From the NCBI GenBank assembly GCA_046726415.1, contig JBKPAK010000008.1, positions 32,001-96,000 on the forward strand: a stretch of 64,000 nucleotides of DNA. The letters are read 5' to 3'. The stretch comes from Candidatus Methylomirabilota bacterium. Its GTDB lineage: Bacteria > Methylomirabilota > Methylomirabilia > Rokubacteriales > CSP1-6. The notes beneath the pieces were generated by a model. That model was not told the DNA's origin, did no database searches, and saw nothing but the letters and a program-made list of their open reading frames with translations. Position numbers and translations under genes: made by a program. How positions within the stretch are numbered: the first letter of the stretch is position 1; every line of letters begins with the position of its first letter. Below, one piece after another: positions 19,645-29,346 of this stretch.

Positions 19645-22043
19645 CGCGAACGGTGCAACCGGTGCGCGAGCGGATTCCGGGTTACTGCGCCCTATGTGTC
19701 TCGCGGTGCGGCTCGATCGCCGTCGTCGAGAACGGTCGCTTTGTCGCCCTGGAGCCGGATCCCTCCCACCCCACCGGCCAGGCGCTCTGCGCCAAAGGAC
19801 GGGCGGCCCCGGAGCTCGTCTACCACCCGGATCGACTGCTCCATCCGCTGAAGCGAACGCGGCCCAAGGGCGATCCGGACCCGGGCTGGCAGCGGATCAG
19901 CTGGGACGAGGCTCTCGATCTGACGGCCAGCAGGCTGCGACAGCTCGCCGCGCAGCACGGGCCGGAGAGCATCGTGTTCAGCATGGTCTCCGCGTCCACG
20001 TCGGCGATAGGGGATTCGGCGGTCTGGATCCAGCGCTTGATGCGAGCGTTCGGCAGCCCGAACTTCTGCGGGTCGATGGAGCTGTGCGGCTGGGGTCGAA
20101 TCTATGCCACCCGCTACACCTACGGCATTGGTATGGGGTTCGCGGGGACCCCCATGCCGGATCTCGAGAACGCTGGGTGCATCCTGTTCTGGGGCTATAA
20201 CCCGAGCCTGGCCCGGCTTGCCCACGCGACCGCGGCCGTGGCGGCACTCCGACGTGGTGCTCGCCTCATCGTGGTCGATCCGCGCCGCGTCGGGCTCGCC
20301 AGCAAGGCCCACCTCTGGCTGCGGGTGCGACCCGGCAGCGACGGCGCGCTGGCCCTGGGGATCGCGAACATCATGATCGAGCGTGGCTGGTACGATCGCG
20401 CCTTCGTGCGGGACTGGACGAACGCCCCGCTGCTGGTCCGCTCGGACAACGGGCGATTGCTGACCGAGGGCGACGTTTTCCCTGAGGGGAGCCCACGGAA
20501 GTATGTCGCCTGGGACGCGGCGGCGGGGCGACCGCTCGTCTATGACCCGGCCCTCGGGCGCTACGCAGAGGGCGCCGAGCCGGCTCTCGTGGGCGAGTAC
20601 GCGATCGGCTCGCCGCGAGGCGAGATCGCCTGTCGGCCCGTCTTCGAACTCTGCGCCGAGGTCTGTCGGCGCTACTCTCCCGAGGCCGTCGAGGCGACCT
20701 GTGGCGTCGGGCGCGACCAGATCGAGAGCGCCGCCCGTTTGCTCTGGGAAGCGCGGCCCGTTGCCTACTACGCATGGAGCGGCCTCGAACAGCAGAGCAA
20801 CGCCACCCAGATCTTTCGGGCTATCTCGCTGCTCTACGCCGTGACCGGCAGCTTCGATGCCCCGGGCGGCAACGTGCTCTTCCCGGCGGTGCCGGCCGGG
20901 GACGTCGCTGGCGAGGAATTGTTGTCGGCGGAGCAGCTCGGCCACGCACTCGGTCTCCCAGAGCGGCCCCTGGGTCCGTCCCGCTGGGGTTGGGTCACCA
21001 CGGACGAGGTGTACCGCGCCATCCTGGAACAGCGACCCTACGCAGTGCGGGGATTGGTCGGGTTCGGAGCGAACTTGCTCCTCGCGCATGCCGATGTCCG
21101 GCGAGGGCGCCACGCGCTGGCCGCGCTCGAGTTTTACGTCCACGCCGACCTCTTCATGAATCCGACTGCCGAGCTGGCCGACGTCGTGCTGCCGGTCGCG
21201 ACCCCTTTCGAGAGGGAGGGCCTCAAGATCGGCTTCGACGTGAGCCCGGTGGCGCAGTCGCTGGTGCAACTGCGACGGCGCGTGGTGGAGTCTCGCGGCG
21301 AGGCCCGCTCGGATACCGACATCGTGTTCGACTTGGCGTGCCGTCTCGGTCTCGGCGCCCACTTCTGGGACGGTGATGGGGAGGCGGCGAACCGCTACCA
21401 ACTCAGCTCATCGGGCGTGTCGCTCGAAGCGCTCCGCGACAATCCAGGTGGGGTGCGGGTTCCCCTCCAGACGCGCTACCGCAAGTACGCCGAGAAGACG
21501 GATGGCGTACCGGCCGGGTTCGCCACTCCAACACGCAAGATTGAGCTCTACTGCGAGACGTTCCTGGAGCACGGCTACCCGCCGCTGCCAGAGCACGAGG
21601 AGCCGCTCATCAGCCCGCTCTCCCGACCGGACCTCGCCCAGCGCTACCCGCTGATCCTGACCTGCGCCAAGCACACGCAGTTTTGCGAGAGCCAACACCG
21701 CGGGCTTCCGAGCCTGCGCCGGCGAGCTCCGGATCCCGAGGTGGAGCTGCACCCCGCCGCCGCCGCTGCACGCGGCATCCGCGCCGGCCAGTGGGTGATC
21801 GTCGAGACTCCGGAGGGGTGCATCCGAGCCCGGGCCCGGCTGAACGAGAGTTTGGAGCCGAGTGTCGTCTGTGGTCAGCATGGTTGGTGGCAGGCCTGCC
21901 CGGAGATCGGCGCGCCTGGCTACGATCCCTTTGGCCCGGGCGGCGCCAACCTCAACCTCATCATCGGCAACGCGGCGATCGACCCGATCAGTGGTTCTGT
22001 CCCCCACCGCGCCTACCTGTGCCAAATCCGGCCGACTGAGTGA
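19641..22043 (+). CDS. Bis-MGD molybdopterin oxidoreductase (DMSO reductase superfamily), cytoplasmic, N-terminal [4Fe-4S]
   Basis: CALCVSRC...LCAKG, ELCGWG (candidate Cys ligand), ADVVLP, C-terminal VELHP..AAARGI; no Tat signal seen. Confidence 0.92.
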   Translation: MTRTVQPVRERIPGYCALCVSRCGSIAVVENGRFVALEPDPSHPTGQALCAKGRAAPELVYHPDRLLHPLKRTRPKGDPDPGWQRISWDEALDLTASRLRQLAAQHGPESIVFSMVSASTSAIGDSAVWIQRLMRAFGSPNFCGSMELCGWGRIYATRYTYGIGMGFAGTPMPDLENAGCILFWGYNPSLARLAHATAAVAALRRGARLIVVDPRRVGLASKAHLWLRVRPGSDGALALGIANIMIERGWYDRAFVRDWTNAPLLVRSDNGRLLTEGDVFPEGSPRKYVAWDAAAGRPLVYDPALGRYAEGAEPALVGEYAIGSPRGEIACRPVFELCAEVCRRYSPEAVEATCGVGRDQIESAARLLWEARPVAYYAWSGLEQQSNATQIFRAISLLYAVTGSFDAPGGNVLFPAVPAGDVAGEELLSAEQLGHALGLPERPLGPSRWGWVTTDEVYRAILEQRPYAVRGLVGFGANLLLAHADVRRGRHALAALEFYVHADLFMNPTAELADVVLPVATPFEREGLKIGFDVSPVAQSLVQLRRRVVESRGEARSDTDIVFDLACRLGLGAHFWDGDGEAANRYQLSSSGVSLEALRDNPGGVRVPLQTRYRKYAEKTDGVPAGFATPTRKIELYCETFLEHGYPPLPEHEEPLISPLSRPDLAQRYPLILTCAKHTQFCESQHRGLPSLRRRAPDPEVELHPAAAAARGIRAGQWVIVETPEGCIRARARLNESLEPSVVCGQHGWWQACPEIGAPGYDPFGPGGANLNLIIGNAAIDPISGSVPHRAYLCQIRPTE

Positions 22044-22169
22044 GTGTACTCGCGGCGAGCGATGGGCGGCGCCAGCGGACTTGAATGAGGTGGACTTGGG
22101 CATCCGGCCGCTTCGCCCCGAGGACGCGGCCTTCCTGATCTCGCGTCGTCGAGCAGCTTGGAGGGGAGC

Positions 22170-22532
22170 ATGAGCAGGGTATTAGTAAAGAGTGCGTGGG
22201 GTTCCGACGACCCCACCAAGGCAGCGTTCCCGTTTCTGCATGCGAACGCACTGGCGGAGGCCGGTCACGAGGTCCAGATCTTCCTGCTCGGGGAGGGCGT
22301 GTCGTTGATGCGCGATCCGGTGGCGACCGCCGTCGTGCCCGTCGGTTGGCCGCCGTTGGCGGAGACGCTGCGAGCGACGGTGGCTCTTGGCGTACCGATT
22401 CACGTATGAGGCGCATGCTCGAGGGCTCGTGGAGTCCTCGATGCAGACCTGGTGGGCAAGAAGGCTTCCTTCGCGAACCCGGCTATCCTCGTGCAGCTCA
22501 TTGAATGGGCGGACAAGCTCCTCACTGAGTGA
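22170..22532 (+). CDS. DsrE-like probable selenoprotein, 120 aa, Sec80 in a UxxC motif (readthrough of TGA 22407-22409)
   Basis: DsrE-type N-terminus (GSDDPTKAAFPF, IFLLGEGV); the frame continues past TGA as U-G-A-C-SRARGV...LVQLIEWADKLLTE, completing the fold; SECIS-like hairpin follows. Confidence 0.88.
22419..22441 (+). promoter_or_regulatory. Putative bacterial SECIS element
   Basis: TCGAGGGCTC-GTG-GAGTCCTCGA, a 10-bp stem with one G.U pair; loop G,T at positions 23,24 from the T of TGA. Confidence 0.78.
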
Positions 22533-22709
22533 CGGCGCCGGCGAGGACGGCGGCGGGTGGACCAGCGCTTGGCGGTCGGGGTGTTCGGCCGAATCCGCGT
22601 CAGTGAGGATCAGGGGCGGGAAGAGGGCGTTCTTCGAGGCCCCGGCGGTCGAACGGATGACCGGTAAGGCCACGTTGCTGCCGGCCATCCAGAAAGAGAG
22701 TGCACGTCG

Positions 22710-23249
22710 ATGAGCGTGGTGACGGCGGTGAGCCGCAGCGCGAGGCACTCACTGACCAAGCCCAATCAGGACAGCATCCGGCTTCTGGCCGGGCTGGGCG
22801 TCGAGGGCGACGCGCATCTAGGTGAGACGGTCAAGCATCGCTCGCGGGTTGCCCGCAACCCGAGCCAGCCCAACCTGCGGCAGGTGCACCTGATCCACGC
22901 CGAGCTGCATGACGAGCTGGGGGCCGGCGGCTTCGCCGTCTCGGCGGGACAGATGGGCGAAAACATCACCACGCGCGGCGTCGATCTGCTCGGGCTGCCC
23001 GCCGGCACGCGGCTGCACCTTGGCGACACGGCGGTGGTGGTGGTGACCGGCTTGCGCAATCCCTGCGCCCAGCTCGACCGGATCCAGCCGGGCCTGATGG
23101 CGGCAACCTTGGGGCGCGACGAGCGCGGCAATCTCATCCGCAAGGCCGGCGTCATGGGAATGGTTCTGACCGGCGGCGAGGTACGGCCCGGGGACGCGAT
23201 CCGGGTCGAGCTGCCGGCCGAGCCGCACCGATCGCTCGAGCCGGTCTGA
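22710..23249 (+). CDS. MOSC domain protein
   Basis: GLGVEGDAH, RQVHLI, GENITTRG, TGLRNPCAQL, GEVRPGD. Confidence 0.9.
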   Translation: MSVVTAVSRSARHSLTKPNQDSIRLLAGLGVEGDAHLGETVKHRSRVARNPSQPNLRQVHLIHAELHDELGAGGFAVSAGQMGENITTRGVDLLGLPAGTRLHLGDTAVVVVTGLRNPCAQLDRIQPGLMAATLGRDERGNLIRKAGVMGMVLTGGEVRPGDAIRVELPAEPHRSLEPV

Positions 23250-23473
23250 GTACGCTGCTCCCGGTTTCTGTCCTCGGGCTCGGTGAAAAAGACGATCCAG
23301 GACTATCTGACAGGGCGCTGGAGTGGGCGTGGAGCAGCCGAGGAAGGCGCCGGTGGAGAACCTCACCATCCGAGCGGCGCAAGAGTGCGACCTTCAGAGA
23401 AATTTTCTGAGGACCGAGGGGCGCCGGCCGCTCGACGGCGGCCAGACCGCTCGCTGAGGTCGACGAGACTCGA

Positions 23474-24481
23474 ATGCTTCACATCACGAACGGGGACAGC
23501 GCGGCCGAGGTGATCCGACGTGCCGGCGTTCAGGGCGACGTTCTTCCCTGGCGCGATGTGCTCCATGAGGGCCCGGTGCCCCAGGGACTGTCACTTGAGG
23601 AGCTGCGCGGTGTGCGCGCCCGCTTCATCGCCGCGGCGGGCTGGGCGTCGTTCGATGACGCGCTGGCCGATTTCGGCGAGCGCGACCGCGTTCTCAGGGA
23701 GTCGCTGGCCCAGGACGAAGTCGTGCTCTGGTTCGAGCACGACTTATACGACCAGCTCCAGTTATTTCAGGTGCTGGACTGGTTTGCCGCGCAGGACGGC
23801 CGCGCATCGCGACTGAGCCTGATCTGCAACGCCGAGTACCTGGGTTCGTCGACGTCCGAGCAGCTTCGCCACCGTTTCCCGGACCGTCAAGCGGTCTCCG
23901 CGTCGCACTTGAATCTCGGCCGGCAGGCGTGGGCGGCCTTCCGGTCGCCGGACCCGACTGCGCTGATCGAGCTTCTCCATCAGGACACCTCGGCCCTGCC
24001 ATTCCTGGGCCCGGCGCTCCGCCGCCACCTCCAGCAATTTCCCTCGGTCACCAACGGGCTGTCGCGCTCCGAAGTTCAGGCGCTTGAGGTGATCGCCGGC
24101 GGGGTCACCCGGCTCCGAGATGTCTACCGCGCCTCCCATCACGAGCGGGAGGAAGCGATCTTTCTGGGAGACAGCATCTTCGGCCTCTACATGGAAGCGC
24201 TGAGCCGGGAACGGACGCCGCTCGTCGTCGGGCGCGACGATCGAGTTCTGGCGCTGCCCCGTGGCGCGGTGGATGCGGGGAGCTTCTGGAACAGTCATGC
24301 CAGGCTCACCGAGATGGGACGGGCGGTGGTGGAAGGCCGGGCAGACCGGGTGAACGTCAACGGGATCGACCGCTGGCTCGGCGGGGTGCATCTGCACGGG
24401 CCGGATGCGCGATGGCGCTGGAACGACGCCGCTCAGCGCCTGGAGGAGGGCCGCGTGGACTCGCGCAGCCTGGAGAGGTGA
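23474..24481 (+). CDS. DUF1835 domain protein
   Basis: LHITNGDSA, PWRDVLHEGPVP, VLWFEHDLYDQLQL, GIDRWLGGV. Confidence 0.8.
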   Translation: MLHITNGDSAAEVIRRAGVQGDVLPWRDVLHEGPVPQGLSLEELRGVRARFIAAAGWASFDDALADFGERDRVLRESLAQDEVVLWFEHDLYDQLQLFQVLDWFAAQDGRASRLSLICNAEYLGSSTSEQLRHRFPDRQAVSASHLNLGRQAWAAFRSPDPTALIELLHQDTSALPFLGPALRRHLQQFPSVTNGLSRSEVQALEVIAGGVTRLRDVYRASHHEREEAIFLGDSIFGLYMEALSRERTPLVVGRDDRVLALPRGAVDAGSFWNSHARLTEMGRAVVEGRADRVNVNGIDRWLGGVHLHGPDARWRWNDAAQRLEEGRVDSRSLER

Positions 24482-24486
24482 GCGAG

Positions 24487-25491
24487 ATGGGACGGCGCGA
24501 GCGCATCAGGGTGGCCGCCATCGGCGTCAGTCACTGGCACTCGCTCTACGACTCCGCATATCTGCGCCACCTCGCCGACATGCCTGACATGGCGCTGGTC
24601 GGGGTGCACGATACGAGCGCCGACGTCGCCGCCACCCGGGCGGCGGCGCTTGGCGAGCCGCCCGTCTTCACCGACTACCGCGAGATGCTGGTGCGAACCA
24701 GGCCGGACTTCGTCATCGCGCTGGGCCGGCACCGCAGCATGGCCGAGATCGCCCACTATCTGCTCGACCATCGCCATCCGTTTTTGATGGAGAAGCCGAT
24801 GGGCGTCAACGCGGCCGAAGTGCGCGGGATCGCCGAGAAGGCGGCGGCAACGAACGGCTTTGTCGCCGTGCCCCTGGGCCAGCGCTACCAGCCGTTCGTC
24901 ACGCCGGCGCGGCGCCTGCTCGCCGAGGGGCGGTTCGGTCCGCTCTCCCACATCTACTTCCGGCTGAACCGCCCCACCTCGGCCCGCTACACCGCCTGGG
25001 ATTCGCCATGGATGCTCGACCCGGTCGAGGCGGGCGGAGGCTGCCTGAGAAACCTCGGGCCGCATGGCCTGGACCTCTTCCTGTTCCTCACCGGCGAGGA
25101 CGCGGAGGTCACCGGGGCGCAGTTGAGCTGGCGCGCCCTGGGTCAACCGGTGGAAGACTATGCGTCGGTGCTGGTGCGCACCTCGACAGGTGTCCTGGGG
25201 ACGATCGAGGTCGGCAACACATTCCCGCGCGATGGCACCGATGGCCAGGTCAAGATCGCGGGTCGCGATGCCATTCTGGTGGCCACCGACGATACGGTGC
25301 GCCTTCAGACCAGGAGCGGTGAGGAAGCCATGCCAGGACGGCCCCCCGAGCCGCTCGCCCAGACCGCGCTTCGCGATGCCCTCGACCACTGGCGGCGCGG
25401 CGCACTCCCTCCGATCAGCGTCCACGACTGCGCCCGCGTCGTGGGCCTCATCGACCGAGCGTACGAGCTGGCTGGCCGCCCGTACGGCTGA
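24487..25491 (+). CDS. Gfo/Idh/MocA family oxidoreductase
   Basis: LMEKPMG, GGGCLRNLGPHGLD, VEDYA. Confidence 0.88.
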   Translation: MGRRERIRVAAIGVSHWHSLYDSAYLRHLADMPDMALVGVHDTSADVAATRAAALGEPPVFTDYREMLVRTRPDFVIALGRHRSMAEIAHYLLDHRHPFLMEKPMGVNAAEVRGIAEKAAATNGFVAVPLGQRYQPFVTPARRLLAEGRFGPLSHIYFRLNRPTSARYTAWDSPWMLDPVEAGGGCLRNLGPHGLDLFLFLTGEDAEVTGAQLSWRALGQPVEDYASVLVRTSTGVLGTIEVGNTFPRDGTDGQVKIAGRDAILVATDDTVRLQTRSGEEAMPGRPPEPLAQTALRDALDHWRRGALPPISVHDCARVVGLIDRAYELAGRPYG

Positions 25492-25705
25492 GCGAATTCC
25501 CGATCCCCAGGGGCCTGAGGGTCCGCAATCGGTGCGCGCGGCGCGCCCTTGATTCTCCCTCGGCGGCCGGCAACCTGGCAGGCTTCGCAACTTGTTGTTG
25601 ACATCAGAAGTCTGCTGTAAAGTACCCGCCAATCGTCGAAGGCAACGCTCGCCCGCTCCGCCCCGTTCGATCAAGGCTCGATCAGCAACAGGGAGGATAG
25701 ATGCT

Positions 25706-27316
25706 ATGCGCTCACGATACCTTCCGGCAAGCCTCATACTCGTCGCGGCGCTGATTGCCCCACTCGCCGCGCCCCCCGCCCCCGACGCCCAGACGCCGAA
25801 ACGCGGCGGCACCCTCCGCGTTTCCTACGGCAACGAGATTGCCAACCTCGATTTCCATACTGCGCCCGGATACGAAATGATGTGGGTGGCCATGAACGTC
25901 GGCTGCGGGCTCGTCAATATCACGGCCGACGGGAAGTTTGTGGGTGACGCCGCCGAGTCGTGGCAGGTCTCCCCCGACGGATTGAGCTACACCTTCAAGC
26001 TCAAGCCGAACGTCCTCTTCCACGACGGCACGAAGGTGGATGCCGCCGCGGTCAAATTCAGCATCGACCGCCTGATGGACCCGGCCACCAAGTCCGGGAT
26101 GCGGAGCTTCTACTCTGCCGTCCACAGCGTCGAAGTGCTCGACCCCCTCATCCTGCAGATCCGTCTCAAGCACCCCTACGCCTTCATGCTGCACATGCTG
26201 GCCGCCTACCGTACGGGCCTCGTCCTCTATTCGCCCACGGCCACCCAAAAGTACTCGCTGGAGGACCGCAAGGCGGGCAAGCCGGAGGCGGTGGTCGGCT
26301 GCGGGCCCTTCCGGCTGGTCGAGTGGGTCAAGGGCAGTCACCTAGTCATGGATCGGTTCGACAAGTACTTCGTGCCCGGCATCCCCTACCTCGATCGGGT
26401 GCAGATCCGCACCATCAAAGATCCGGTCACCGAGATGGCCGCCTTCAAAGCCGGTGAGGTTGACTTCATCGCCTCCTTCTCGCCCGAGCACGTCGACACC
26501 CTGAGGGCCCAGGTGTCGAATGCCCAGATCATGACGGGGAAGGAAACGACGCCGATGATGGCGACCATGAAGGTGACGATCCCCAAGGACGGCAAGCCCA
26601 TGTCCAAGGAACGAATGCCCCACCCGATCTTCGGCGACATCCGCGTGCGCAAGGCCGTTGGCTGCTACGGGATCGACCGGAAGGAGGTCGTGAAGATCGC
26701 GTTCAAGGGCCAGGCGTCGCCGTGGGTCGGCATGATCCCGCCCGGCACCCTCGACTCGGTGGACCTCAACGCCCTGTGCCCCTACGACCAGGCCAAGGCG
26801 AAGGCGCTCCTGGCCGAGGCCGGCTACGGGCCCCAGAAGCCCCTGACCTTCGAGCTGATGACTAACACCGAAAAGTCCGTCTTCAACGTGATCGCCACCG
26901 TCATCAAGGAGCAGATGGCCCGCATCGGCGTGACCGCCAACATCCGGCTCGTCGACAAGGTCACCTGGATGAACACGACCCTCCAGGACGCCCCGTGGGA
27001 CATGTACGTCGAGGATCTCCTGTCGCTCATCACCCTGGACAGCAACGCCTACCTGACCACGACGCCCTCGACGTGGAACACCTCGCGGCACACCGACCCC
27101 AAGGTCGACGAGTACTACGCCCGCTACGCCAAGGAGCTGGACGCCGCCAAGCGCAAGGTCATCGCCAAGGAGCTGGCGGAATACATGGCCGACAAGGTCT
27201 ACTGGAACGTCATCTCCGGCTCGCCCTTCTACATGGTCGCCCAGCCGTGGATGAAGAACTACGTCTACAACGCCGAGTTCGAAGTGCACTACCACAAGGT
27301 CTGGCTCGACAAGTAA
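25706..27316 (+). CDS. ABC transporter substrate-binding protein, family 5 (peptide/nickel)
   Basis: Signal peptide, PKRGGTLRV, AESWQVSPDGLSYTFKL..FHDGT, GCGPFRLVEW; GGGAGG SD. Confidence 0.92.
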   Translation: MRSRYLPASLILVAALIAPLAAPPAPDAQTPKRGGTLRVSYGNEIANLDFHTAPGYEMMWVAMNVGCGLVNITADGKFVGDAAESWQVSPDGLSYTFKLKPNVLFHDGTKVDAAAVKFSIDRLMDPATKSGMRSFYSAVHSVEVLDPLILQIRLKHPYAFMLHMLAAYRTGLVLYSPTATQKYSLEDRKAGKPEAVVGCGPFRLVEWVKGSHLVMDRFDKYFVPGIPYLDRVQIRTIKDPVTEMAAFKAGEVDFIASFSPEHVDTLRAQVSNAQIMTGKETTPMMATMKVTIPKDGKPMSKERMPHPIFGDIRVRKAVGCYGIDRKEVVKIAFKGQASPWVGMIPPGTLDSVDLNALCPYDQAKAKALLAEAGYGPQKPLTFELMTNTEKSVFNVIATVIKEQMARIGVTANIRLVDKVTWMNTTLQDAPWDMYVEDLLSLITLDSNAYLTTTPSTWNTSRHTDPKVDEYYARYAKELDAAKRKVIAKELAEYMADKVYWNVISGSPFYMVAQPWMKNYVYNAEFEVHYHKVWLDK

Positions 27317-27319
27317 CAG

Positions 27320-28297
27320 ATGCGGATCTACATCCTGCGGCGGCTACTCGGGATCGTGCCCACGGTCCTCATGATCACCCTCGTGGTGTTCGTGATGATG
27401 CGCTCGATCCCGGGCGATCCCGTGGTGTCCCTCCTCGGCGACGCCTATACCGAGGAGGACGCCGTCAAGGTGCGCGAGGAGTACGGGCTGAACAAGCCGA
27501 TCCTGATCCAGTACGTGATCTGGCTCGGCCGGCTGGCCCAGGGAGACTGGGGCCACTCAGTCCTCAGCGGGCGCCCGGTCCTTCAAGACGTGGTGTTCCG
27601 CCTCCCCGTGACCCTGGAGCTGGTCGTGCTCTCCATGTTGGTGGCGCTGATGATCGCGATTCCCGCCGCGATCATCGGCGCCAAGCGCCAAAACACCTGG
27701 GCCGACTACTCGGCCACGTCGATCGCCATGATCGGCGTGTCGATCCCGGAGTTCTTCCTCGGAGTGCTCCTCCTGCTCGCCTTCTCGGTGGGGCTGCGGG
27801 GCGCGCTGCCCAGCTCCGGCTGGGTGTACCTTCCCGGCACCTGCACGAGCGTGGTGTGCGCGGCTGGTCTCTGGGGCAACCTGCAGCACGTGCTGATGCC
27901 CGCGGTGGCGCTGGGCGTCGGCCGGGCGGCCATCCTCACGCGCCTGCTCCGTTCGAACCTGCTGGAAGTCATCCGCACCGAGTACGTGACCACCGCGCGC
28001 GCCAAAGGGCTGGGGGAGCGGAAGGTCGTGTTGAAGCATTCACTCAAGAACGCGCTCATCCCCACGGTCACCGTGATGGGGCTGCAGGTCGGCTTTCTGA
28101 TTGGCGGCGCCATTGTGGTGGAGACCCTGTTCGCCATGCCTGGGCTGGGCACCTACGGTATCGACGCCATCATCGCGCGCGACTATCAGCAGGTGCAGGG
28201 CTTCGCGCTGGTGACGGCGTTCGCCTTCGTGGTGATCAATCTGCTGGTGGACCTCACGTACTCATTCCTCGATCCACGGATCCGTTATGGTTCCTGA
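27320..28297 (+). CDS. ABC transporter permease (DppB/OppB-like)
   Basis: IPGDPV, EYVTTARAKGL EAA loop, RDYQQVQG, DPRIRY. Confidence 0.93.
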   Translation: MRIYILRRLLGIVPTVLMITLVVFVMMRSIPGDPVVSLLGDAYTEEDAVKVREEYGLNKPILIQYVIWLGRLAQGDWGHSVLSGRPVLQDVVFRLPVTLELVVLSMLVALMIAIPAAIIGAKRQNTWADYSATSIAMIGVSIPEFFLGVLLLLAFSVGLRGALPSSGWVYLPGTCTSVVCAAGLWGNLQHVLMPAVALGVGRAAILTRLLRSNLLEVIRTEYVTTARAKGLGERKVVLKHSLKNALIPTVTVMGLQVGFLIGGAIVVETLFAMPGLGTYGIDAIIARDYQQVQGFALVTAFAFVVINLLVDLTYSFLDPRIRYGS

Positions 28298-28339
28298 CAT
28301 ACGCGTCGGCGGTGCATCCCCGCGACGAGGGAGGCGGTC

Positions 28340-29266
28340 ATGAGCGCGATGCGCGAGGTCGATCTTGGCGCCGCCGGAGAGCTCGTCCTCGAGCGCCCCG
28401 CGGTCACGCGCTCGGAAAGCCCGCTGGCCCAGGGGCTCCGGCGGCTCCGGCGCAGCACGACGGCCCTGGTCGGCATGGCGATCGTCATCGCCCTCGTCGT
28501 GGTCGCCCTCTTTGCAGACGTGCTGGCCCCCCAGAGCCCGATCGCCAGCGACCAGACCAAGACATTCCAGCGGCCGAGCTGGGACTATCCGCTCGGCACC
28601 GATCAGCTCGGCCGAGACATGCTGAGCCGCCTCGTTCATGGCAGTCGCATCTCGCTGGCCGTGGGGGTGTCGTCGGTGTTGCTCGCGCTCTTCGCGGGTG
28701 TGCCGCTCGGGCTGATCGCGGGGTACTACGGAGGGCGGGTCGACACCGGTGTGATGCGGGTGATGGACCTGATCCTGGCGTTCCCCATCTATCTGCTGGC
28801 CATCATCCTGATGGTCATCTTCAGCCCGACGGCGGGGCTGATCGGCACCATGAAGGTCACCGGGGCTATCGCCATCGTGCGGATTCCCATCTACGCGCGG
28901 TTGGTTCGGGGCAGCGTCCTCTCGGTCAAGGAGAAGGAATACATCGAAGCATGCCGCGCGCTCGGCGTCCGAGACCCGTGGATCCTCGTGCGTCACGTGC
29001 TGCCGAACTGCCTGGCCCCGATCATCGTGACCACGACGCTCGGCATCGCCACCTCCATCATCGTGGAGGCCACGCTCTCCTTCCTGGGCCTGGGCACCCA
29101 ACCGCCGACGCCGAGCTGGGGCTGGGACCTCAAGGCCAACGTCGCCTTCATCCACGACTACCCGTGGCTCTCGCTCTTCCCGGGCATCGCCATCTTCGTC
29201 ACCGTGCTCGGCTTCAACCTCTTCGGCGACGGCCTCCGCGACGCCCTCGACCCGCGACTCAAGTAG
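28340..29266 (+). CDS. ABC transporter permease (DppC/OppC-like)
   Basis: LGTDQLGRDMLSRLVHGSRISL, EYIEACRALG, FNLFGDGLRDALDPR. Confidence 0.93.
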   Translation: MSAMREVDLGAAGELVLERPAVTRSESPLAQGLRRLRRSTTALVGMAIVIALVVVALFADVLAPQSPIASDQTKTFQRPSWDYPLGTDQLGRDMLSRLVHGSRISLAVGVSSVLLALFAGVPLGLIAGYYGGRVDTGVMRVMDLILAFPIYLLAIILMVIFSPTAGLIGTMKVTGAIAIVRIPIYARLVRGSVLSVKEKEYIEACRALGVRDPWILVRHVLPNCLAPIIVTTTLGIATSIIVEATLSFLGLGTQPPTPSWGWDLKANVAFIHDYPWLSLFPGIAIFVTVLGFNLFGDGLRDALDPRLK

Positions 29267-29322
29267 CCAGCGATGCGGACTTCGTGACCGGCGTGACCAT
29301 CGACGTCACTGGCGGGGTCTGA
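29266..29322 (+). pseudogene. Orphan 3' end of an SDR gene (18 codons plus stop)
   Basis: ASDADFVTGVTIDVTGGV* matches the SDR C-terminal consensus (compare APASDFVTGTAIPLDGG in the SDR at 30866). Confidence 0.65.
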
Positions 29323-29346
29323 TATCAGGGGGCGCCGCGCTGCCCC

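Noticed and set aside
22182-22748. ORF-track calls 22196-22504, 22387-22713 and 22182-22748 as genes or a frameshifted DsrE tail
   Set aside because: The in-frame readthrough supplies the proper DsrE C-terminus, and these frames have no protein-like features
25595-25623. Sigma-70 promoter for the ABC operon (TTGACA...TAAAGT)
   Set aside because: The spacing is only 14 nt. A promoter here is plausible, but the elements cannot be assigned confidently.
26995-29322. 775-aa alternative-frame ORF across the ABC permeases
   Set aside because: Arg/Pro/Gly-rich shadow frame of GC-rich genes; only the last 18 codons look protein-like and are reported as an SDR scar
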